Source: Thermoleophilia bacterium (GTDB lineage Bacteria > Actinomycetota > Thermoleophilia > Gaiellales > Gaiellaceae). Taken from it: DNA of 34,530 bases. The position numbers were made by a program, and so were the translations under genes. The stretch spans positions 1-34,530 of the forward strand of contig JAICVP010000001.1 in assembly GCA_025935275.1 (NCBI GenBank), written 5' to 3'. The notes beneath the pieces were generated by a model, which was not told the DNA's origin, did no database searches, and saw nothing but the letters and a program-made list of their open reading frames with translations. This document shows, one piece after another, positions 24,107-30,977 of the stretch (the stretch's first letter is position 1; every line of letters begins with the position of its first letter).

Positions 24107-26854
24107 TCAGGCGGTGGCGATGAGCTTCGAGGGCGGCTCGGCCTCGCCGGGCTCCTCGGTTTGGAGCAGGCGCTCGAGCGCCGAGACGCAGCGCGGGCAG
24201 AACTGGCTTCCCGATCCACGCCTGAGCTCGTCGAGAGCCTCGTCGGCGGGCCGGGCGGCGCGATAGATGCGCGTCGTGAGCATCGAGTCGAGCGCGTCGG
24301 CGACGTGAATGATGCGGGCGCCGAGCGGGATCTCCTCGCCCGAGATGCCGTCGGGATAGCCGGTGCCGTCGAAGCGCTCGTGGTGGTGGCGGATCGCAGG
24401 CACCGCGTCCTGCAGGAAGCCGAGGCGGTCGATGATGCGCGCGCCCTCGTCCGCGTGGCGCTGCATCAGGGCCCACTCGTCGGGCGTGAGGCTCGCCGGC
24501 TTCAGGAGGATGGCGTCCGGAATCGCGAGCTTGCCGATGTCGTGGAAGAGCGCCGCGTGTCCGAGGAGGTCGAGCTCGGCCTGCGAGAGACCCAGCTCCC
24601 GGCCGATGGCGAGGGCGAGCTGCTGGACGCGGCGCGAATGGCCGGCCGTGTAGGCATCCCGCGCGTCGACGGTTGCAGAGAGGCTCTCCATCGCCGCGGT
24701 CGAGCGCTCCTTCAGCAGCCGGTTCGCCTGCTCGAGGGAAACGTTCTGCTGGCGGATGGTCTCGGCGGCGCTGCGCAGCTTCTTCGTCGACTTCTCCGTG
24801 TGGCCGAGGTAGGCGGCCATCGTCTTGCGCATCAGGAAGAGCGGCAGGACGAAGACCGCGAGGCCGTAGAGGCCGATGGCGGAGTAGGCGAGCGCGATCG
24901 CCCCGCCGACCGCACCGAAGGCCACGTAGTGCGGCAAGAGCCACGAGAAGCGCTCGTTCCAGACACTCCTCCACTTGTCGTGCCCTTCCAGCGCCATCGC
25001 GCCCGAGAGGAGCCCCGTGTTGACCACGAAGTACGCGCCGCCGGCGACGAGGCCGGCCGCTGCGATGACGAGCTCGCCCGTGCGGGTCTCGCTGGAGCCG
25101 ATGCTGAACACGGCCGCCGCTGCGAGTGAGGCGAGGCTGAGCGCGCCGATGTTGAAGCAGACGTAGTACCAGGCATCGCGGCGTGAGCTCCACTCGACCG
25201 CGACGGTGGCCACGGCGAGCGGCAGCGCCGCTCTCGGGCCGAAGAGCGCTGCGCCGGCGAGGGCGCCGACGGCGCTGACCGAGATCGAGCCCGCTTCCAT
25301 CTCGAGGGAGAGCGCCTGCCCGCCGCCGACGAGGATGATGATCGCGATCAACCCGATCAGGTTGTCGTTCGTCCCGAGGAAGGCTCCCGCGATGCCGGCG
25401 CCGATCCCCGCGATGGAGACGAGGGCGACCAGCGAAGCCACGGGCGGCGACAGTGCGAGGAAGTGCGGACGGCCGGGCGAGTGCGGTCGCGGCTGCTGCT
25501 GCTCGCGGCGCTCGCTTGCTCGCTGCTTGGGGAGCGCACGCGAGACGACGGAGGCGTACTCCCCGTCCTCCGGCACGGCGGCGAGGCGCGCGGGCCGCTC
25601 GGAGGGCGAGAGGAGCAAAGGCTCGGAACTTGCGCCCTGGACGCGGTTCCGCCCCTGGAGCTTCGCGCGGTAGACGGCCAGGTCGGCCTGGTGGATGAGC
25701 TCGTTCGGGTCCGCCCCGTCCTTGGGGAAGCCCGCGACGCCGAGCGAGACCGTGGCGCGGATCGGCTCGCTCGAGGTCTCGACCTCGAAGCGGCGGTCGG
25801 CAACCGCCCGCCGGATGCGCTCGGCGATCTCGAGCGCTTGCTCCGGCGGGGTCTCCGGCAGCAGGATGGCGAACTCCTCGCCACCGAACCGTGCGGGCAC
25901 GTCGTAGTGGCGAAGCTGCTTGCGGAAGACCTCTGCAATGCCCTTGAGGACTGCGTCGCCGGCGAGGTGGCCGTACGAGTTGTTGATGTCCCTGAGGAGG
26001 TCGAGGTCGGCCATGATGATCGACATCGGCCGGTCCATCCGGCTCGCCCGGACGAGCTCCTCACGCAGCTCCCCCGCGAAGTAGCGGGCGTTGAAGAGCC
26101 CGGTCTTCGGATCGACGCGCGCCTCCTCCTGGAGGGCCGGGACGCTCAGCGAGCGGTGGATCAGGAGGAGCGGGGCGACTGCGGTGGGAAGCAGCCAGGG
26201 ATTCCACGTCCAGATGGCCGCGAAGGCGACGCCCAGCGCCGCAAGGACGAAGTCGGTCGAGAGGCTCTCTGCGGAGAAGAGCCCGGTCTCACGAAGCGTG
26301 TGCCCGCGCGCGAAGTGGAGCATGGTCGCGAGCAGGACGTGGTTCAGGGTGACGAAGACGACGGAAGCAGCGAGCCCGGCCAGCGCGAAGGTCACGTCCG
26401 GGTTCAGGTCCCAGCTTTCCACCAGGGTGACCGCCCCCCACGCCGCCAGCCCGTTCAGCGTGTAGTTGGCGATGTTGAAGCCCTGGATGTACCAGGGGTA
26501 GCGCACCTTCAGCCATTCCGGGATGTGCTGCACGACGCCCATGAGGGCGACGAGCTCCGGCGGGAGCAGCATCGCGGCCGGAATGAGGAAGACGATGGTC
26601 GTGTGGTAGCTCTGGTCGCGGGGCGTCCGCACGACGAAGAGCTGTGCGACGGCCGCGCAGGAGGCGAGCACGAGGAACGTCGGCCAGCCGTGCGTTCCGG
26701 GCTTCAGGTGCGAAAGCGGAACCAGAGCCGCGGCGACGGCGATTGCGGCGATCGTGAAGAGGTAGGCCTTGGCCTGGCGCGAGAGCGATTCCTCGGGCGG
26801 CTCGGGCCCGCTGCGGCGCTCGGTGGCGCCAAACTCGCTCGAAACTGCGCTCAT
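24107..26854 (-). CDS. Polytopic membrane hybrid: TM module - GGDEF diguanylate cyclase - second TM module - HD-GYP phosphodiesterase
   Basis: RHYDVPARFGGEEFAILLPET carries the I-site RxxD and an intact GGEEF. The HD-GYP part is HSRRVQQLA...LFHDIGKLAIP...HHERFDGTGYPDG. Two hydrophobic blocks of ~200 aa each. Confidence 0.9.
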   Translation of the reverse strand: MSAVSSEFGATERRSGPEPPEESLSRQAKAYLFTIAAIAVAAALVPLSHLKPGTHGWPTFLVLASCAAVAQLFVVRTPRDQSYHTTIVFLIPAAMLLPPELVALMGVVQHIPEWLKVRYPWYIQGFNIANYTLNGLAAWGAVTLVESWDLNPDVTFALAGLAASVVFVTLNHVLLATMLHFARGHTLRETGLFSAESLSTDFVLAALGVAFAAIWTWNPWLLPTAVAPLLLIHRSLSVPALQEEARVDPKTGLFNARYFAGELREELVRASRMDRPMSIIMADLDLLRDINNSYGHLAGDAVLKGIAEVFRKQLRHYDVPARFGGEEFAILLPETPPEQALEIAERIRRAVADRRFEVETSSEPIRATVSLGVAGFPKDGADPNELIHQADLAVYRAKLQGRNRVQGASSEPLLLSPSERPARLAAVPEDGEYASVVSRALPKQRASERREQQQPRPHSPGRPHFLALSPPVASLVALVSIAGIGAGIAGAFLGTNDNLIGLIAIIILVGGGQALSLEMEAGSISVSAVGALAGAALFGPRAALPLAVATVAVEWSSRRDAWYYVCFNIGALSLASLAAAAVFSIGSSETRTGELVIAAAGLVAGGAYFVVNTGLLSGAMALEGHDKWRSVWNERFSWLLPHYVAFGAVGGAIALAYSAIGLYGLAVFVLPLFLMRKTMAAYLGHTEKSTKKLRSAAETIRQQNVSLEQANRLLKERSTAAMESLSATVDARDAYTAGHSRRVQQLALAIGRELGLSQAELDLLGHAALFHDIGKLAIPDAILLKPASLTPDEWALMQRHADEGARIIDRLGFLQDAVPAIRHHHERFDGTGYPDGISGEEIPLGARIIHVADALDSMLTTRIYRAARPADEALDELRRGSGSQFCPRCVSALERLLQTEEPGEAEPPSKLIATA

Positions 26855-27052
26855 CTATGTCACTCCAGGGGACGCCATACGCCGTTGGACGCTCCGTTCC
26901 ACGCATGCGCGCGGGGCCGCAGAGCCATAACTGCAAGGTACGACCTGCAGAAAGGGGGAGCGTCCCCCGTTCGAGGGACGCCCTGACTAGGTTAGAAAGT
27001 TCCCCCGAAAGGGTGAGCCCGGCGGTTCAGGGCTCTGCTCAGCGCCCGAGGA

Positions 27053-28858
27053 TCACGGGAGCGGCAGAGCGGTCGTGTCGAGCCCGAGGTCGGCTGCGAA
27101 CTGTGCGAGCTCGGCGTCGCTCAGATACTCGCCATCCTCGGACGGCGCCTCGACCTCGGCGTTGTCCGACCAGGAGGCCGAAGCCCACGAGGCGCTCGCC
27201 CACGAGGCGGCCGACTGGGAGTCGCTCGCCCAGGAGGCCGAAGCCCACGAGGCGGAGGCCCACGACGCGCTCGCCCAGCTGGCGGAGTTCCAGGACGCGG
27301 AGGCCCAGGAGGCGTCCGACCACGAGGCGCTCGCCCAGGACGCGTTTGCCGAGGCCGTGCTGGCCCAGCTCGCGGCGTCGAAGACCTTGCCGCCGCTGAT
27401 GTCCGTCCCGATGAACCGGTTCAGCGCCGCGTTCGGGTTCGGAGCGCTCGAGAGCGCCACCGCCTTGGCGACGTCCACGATCCCGACGCCCTGCGAGAGG
27501 GGTGCGGCATTCGGCGTCCTGCTCGCGGTCAGCATGAGCGCGCCCTTGACCTGGTCGGGCGTCCACGTGGGATGCGCCGAGAGGATCTGGGCAGCCGCGC
27601 CAGCCACCACGGGGGCGGCGAAGGACGTGCCGGAGAGCTGGATGTAGCCGGGGGCGACGACGCTCGTCGGCTTCTCGGTAACGAGGGTCGAGGCGGTCGG
27701 CACCGGGCCGACCATGTAGCGGCCGGGAGCGCCGATATCCGGCTTCGCGAAGCCGTCCAGCGTGTAGCCGTAGGCCGACCAGGGTGCCGCCAGGTCGTCG
27801 CTCGTCGACACGGAGCCGTCGATGTCATCCGCGCCGACCGTGATCACGAAAGGATCGTTGCCCGGGGCGAACGGAACGCCGCTCGGCCTGCCGTCGACAC
27901 CGTAGTTGCCGGCGGCGACCACCACGACGACGCCCGAGAACCAGAGTCGCTCGACCGCCTGATCCAGCGGGTCGTACATGAAGCTGTTCGCCTGCGATGA
28001 GTGGAGCGAGAAGTTCGCGACGCGGATCCCGTACTTGTCCTTGTTCGCGAGGATCCAGTCGGCGGCCGCGATGACGTCGCGCGTCATCGCCATGCCCTGA
28101 TCGTCCATGACATCGATCGAGACGAGCTTGGAAGCGGGCGCAGCGCCGGCATAGCCGTCGCCGGAGCCCGCTGCGATACCGGCCACGAAGGTGCCGTGGC
28201 CGCGGCCGTCGCCGGCTGAGTTGCCCGTCAGCGAGGTCATGTTCGCCTGAGCGACGACGCGGCCGCCGAAATCGGGGCGCGAAGCGTCGATGCCCGAGTC
28301 GACGACGGCGATCGTCGGCGTCGCCGCAGCCGTTCCGTTCGCCCAGAACTTCTGGACGCCGGAGACGAACGGCCAGCGCTGCTTGTTCGAGAGGCCGCCG
28401 GCGAGTTGGACGGGAGCGTCGGTGGTGATCGCGGCGATGCCCGGCTTCGAGACCAGGTGGACGATCTGCGCGCCGGTGAGGTTCGCTGCGACGCCGTTCA
28501 CCGAGGTGAACTGCCGCTTGATGCCCTTCGCAGCACCGCGCTCGCCGCTCTTGAGCTCGTTCTTGACGACCGAGGCGATCGCGGCGGTCGACTTGTCGGG
28601 GTTGCCCTGGATGATGACGTTGAATGTCTGCGACGGGCTCGCCTTCGCGGACGAGAGGAGCCCCGGCGTCGTGTAGGCGTAGCGCGAGGCGGCGCCTGCG
28701 GCCGACGAGGCCGTCAGCGCCAGCGCAACGACGACAAACGAGACGAAGCCGCGTCCACCCTTCCCCCAGAGCGCGCTCGAGCGCGTCTCGCCCTTTGCGG
28801 GCTTACCCCAGAGGGCACTCTTCCGAAGATCTCCGTGGGTACCACGATCGAGCCGCAT
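27053..28858 (-). CDS. Secreted subtilisin-like serine protease (S8), paralogue 1, with xxASW pentapeptide tail and acidic C-terminal extension
   Basis: Triad motifs IAVVDSGID, GHGTFVAGIAAG and SGTSFAAPVVAGAAAQ. Signal anchor FVSFVVVALALTASSAAGAA. Start at MRLDRG (28858). Confidence 0.9.
   Translation of the reverse strand: MRLDRGTHGDLRKSALWGKPAKGETRSSALWGKGGRGFVSFVVVALALTASSAAGAASRYAYTTPGLLSSAKASPSQTFNVIIQGNPDKSTAAIASVVKNELKSGERGAAKGIKRQFTSVNGVAANLTGAQIVHLVSKPGIAAITTDAPVQLAGGLSNKQRWPFVSGVQKFWANGTAAATPTIAVVDSGIDASRPDFGGRVVAQANMTSLTGNSAGDGRGHGTFVAGIAAGSGDGYAGAAPASKLVSIDVMDDQGMAMTRDVIAAADWILANKDKYGIRVANFSLHSSQANSFMYDPLDQAVERLWFSGVVVVVAAGNYGVDGRPSGVPFAPGNDPFVITVGADDIDGSVSTSDDLAAPWSAYGYTLDGFAKPDIGAPGRYMVGPVPTASTLVTEKPTSVVAPGYIQLSGTSFAAPVVAGAAAQILSAHPTWTPDQVKGALMLTASRTPNAAPLSQGVGIVDVAKAVALSSAPNPNAALNRFIGTDISGGKVFDAASWASTASANASWASASWSDASWASASWNSASWASASWASASWASASWASDSQSAASWASASWASASWSDNAEVEAPSEDGEYLSDAELAQFAADLGLDTTALPLP
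27164..27382 (-). repeat. In-frame 15-nt tandem repeats encoding (xxASW)n, 12 Trp
   Basis: Translation: FDAASWASTASANASWASASWSDASWASASWNSASWASASWASASWASASW...ASWSD. The DNA units contain CCAGG/CCTGG dyads. Confidence 0.85.
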
Positions 28859-28954
28859 TAGATCTTGTCCCTCTCCCTTTCCCTCCCCCACCAAGGCCGC
28901 AGGCCCGGGTGAGGTTTGCAACGCCAGGTCGCAAGCTAGGGCCTCGCAAAGAGA

Positions 28955-28984
28955 GGAGCCTCCCCCTTTTGTGGGAGAGGCTCC
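28955..28984 (-). terminator. Intrinsic terminator after protease 2
   Basis: Minus strand reads GGAGCCTCTCCC-ACAAAA-GGGGGAGGCTCC (12 bp including one G-U), followed by TCTCTTTGCG. It is near-identical to the hairpin at 30903-30932. Confidence 0.6.
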
Positions 28985-29035
28985 GAATTTCCCTCGTTTG
29001 GGGGATCAGCGCCCCCCGGGGGCGCATGCCCCGTT

Positions 29036-30814
29036 CTAGGAGGCCCAGGCGGCCGCTGCCCAGCTGGCGGCGTTCCAGCTCGCCGCGGCCCACGAGGCGG
29101 CTGCCCACGAGGCGCTGTTCCAGGAGGCCGAGGCCCAGCTCGCCTGGTTCCAGGAAGCACTCGCCCAGGAGGCCTGGTTCCAGGAGGCACTCGCCCAGGA
29201 GGCCTGGTTCCAGGAAGCCTGGTTCCACGACGCCTGGTTCCAGGAAGCGTCCGCGGTGGCCGCGTTCGACCAGCTGGCCGAGTCGAAGGCCGGGGCCCCG
29301 GTGGAGTCCGGCGTGACGTACTGGTTCAGGCCCGCATTCGGGTTCGGAGGCGTGCCGCCGGCCAGGGTGCTGTAGTCGAATCCGTACGCGCCCTTGACGT
29401 TCAGCTCGCCGACGCCGAGCCCCATGCCTGAGGCCGTCGCGCGCGCGGTCAGCATGAGAGCGCCCTTGACCTGGTCCGGCGTCCAGTTCGGATACTTGGC
29501 GAGGAGCTGTGCAGCCGCTCCCGAGACGATCGGAGCCGCGAACGACGTGCCCGACATCCACATGTAGCCGCTCGCGGTCACGCGCTCGGGATGCTCGAGA
29601 GGCATCGTCGCCGTGGCCTGCACCGGGCCGATGAGCGTGCGCCCGGGGGCGCCGATGTCCGGCTTCGCGAAGCCGTCCAGCGTGTAGCCGAAGGCCGACC
29701 AGGGAGCCGCGAAGTCGTCACCGCGGTTCGTGGGGGTGCCGTTCAGGTCGGCCGCGCCGACGGTGATCACGAAGGGATCGTTGCCGGGCGCGTAGGCGAC
29801 CGTCGTCGGGAGTCCGTCGACGCCGTAGGTCCCTGCAGCGACGACCACGACCACACCGTTGAACCAGAGCTTCTCGACCGCCTTGTTGAGCGGGTCGTAC
29901 ATGAAGCTGCCGGAGACCGTCGACTGCAGCGAGAAGTTCGCGACGCGGATGTTGTAACGAGCCTTGTTCGCGAGGATCCAGTCCGCCGCGGCGATCACGT
30001 CGCTCGTGATCGCCATGCCGTTGTCGTCCATGACGTCGATCGAGACGATCGGAGCCGTGGGGGCGGTGCCGGCATAGCCGTCGCGCGAGCCGGCAGCGAG
30101 GCCCGCCACGAGCGTTCCGTGGCCGCGGCCGTCGCCGCTCGAGTTCGGCAGCAGGCTCGTCATGGTCACCTTGGCGACCACGCGCGTGTTGCAGCCGACC
30201 CCGGTGTCTCCGAAGTCCGCGCGGCAGGACTGGACGCCCGAGTCGACCACTGCGATCGCCGGGGTTTTCAGGTTCGGATTCCAGACGTCGGCCGCGCTCA
30301 CAGCGCTGACCCAGTTCTGGTTGCTGGAGAAACCGTTGTTGTAGACGGACAGGCGAATCTTCGAGTCAGGGGTGATCGAGAGGATCCCCGTCCGGCCCGC
30401 GAGCTCGACGATCTGGGCGCCCGTCAGCTGGGCAGCCACGCCGTTGACGCTGGAAAACGTCCGCGTGAGGCCCTTGGCCTTCCCGGGCTTCGCCGCCGTC
30501 GAGTCGACGACCGTGTTCGCCACCGCGGAGCTCTTCGTGCCGCGCTTGCCCTGGACGATGACGGAGAAAAGCTGATTGGGGTGTGCCTGGGCGTCCGCCA
30601 TGAGGCTCGCGGGGACGATCGCGCTCTTGCCCTGAACCGAACGGTCGCCTGCCGTCGCCGCGACGGGAGCCGCCAGAGCGACGACGAGCGCCATTGCCAC
30701 GAAGCCTCGTCCGGGCTTGCCCCACAGGGCGCTCGAGCGAGTCGAGCCCTTCGCGGGCTTGCCCCAGAGGGCGCTCTGCCGAGTGTCTCCGTTTCTACCG
30801 CGTTCCAGCCGCAT
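29036..30814 (-). CDS. Secreted S8 subtilase, paralogue 2, ending inside the xxASW repeat
   Basis: IAVVDSGVQ, GHGTLVAGLAAG and SGTSFAAPIVSGAAAQ. Start at MRLERG (30814). Confidence 0.9.
   Translation of the reverse strand: MRLERGRNGDTRQSALWGKPAKGSTRSSALWGKPGRGFVAMALVVALAAPVAATAGDRSVQGKSAIVPASLMADAQAHPNQLFSVIVQGKRGTKSSAVANTVVDSTAAKPGKAKGLTRTFSSVNGVAAQLTGAQIVELAGRTGILSITPDSKIRLSVYNNGFSSNQNWVSAVSAADVWNPNLKTPAIAVVDSGVQSCRADFGDTGVGCNTRVVAKVTMTSLLPNSSGDGRGHGTLVAGLAAGSRDGYAGTAPTAPIVSIDVMDDNGMAITSDVIAAADWILANKARYNIRVANFSLQSTVSGSFMYDPLNKAVEKLWFNGVVVVVAAGTYGVDGLPTTVAYAPGNDPFVITVGAADLNGTPTNRGDDFAAPWSAFGYTLDGFAKPDIGAPGRTLIGPVQATATMPLEHPERVTASGYMWMSGTSFAAPIVSGAAAQLLAKYPNWTPDQVKGALMLTARATASGMGLGVGELNVKGAYGFDYSTLAGGTPPNPNAGLNQYVTPDSTGAPAFDSASWSNAATADASWNQASWNQASWNQASWASASWNQASWASASWNQASWASASWNSASWAAASWAAASWNAASWAAAAWAS
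29039..29287 (-). repeat. In-frame 15-nt tandem repeats encoding (xxASW)n, 15 Trp
   Basis: Translation: FDSASWSNAATADASWNQASWNQASWNQASWASASWNQASWASASWNQASWASASWNSASWAAASWAAASWNAASWAAAAWAS followed by the stop. Confidence 0.85.
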
Positions 30815-30902
30815 TCGAGTACTTCCCTTTCCTCTCTCACCTGAAGGCCGCAGGGCCGAGTGAGGTAGACGCCAGACCGGACGGTACGACCGAAAGACGA
30901 AA

Positions 30903-30932
30903 GGAGCCTCCCCCTTTTGCGGGAGAGGCTCC
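30903..30932 (-). terminator. Intrinsic terminator after protease 3
   Basis: Minus strand reads GGAGCCTCTCCC-GCAAAA-GGGGGAGGCTCC followed by TTTCGTCTTTCGG. Confidence 0.6.
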
Positions 30933-30977
30933 GAATTCACTCGATTGAGGGGTCAGCGACCTAGCATGCCGGCCCGC

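Noticed and set aside
23714-26986. Plus-strand ORFs 23714-25129 and 25463-26986
   Set aside because: They are antisense to the HEAR and GGDEF/HD-GYP genes, and the translations are R/G/E/A-rich.
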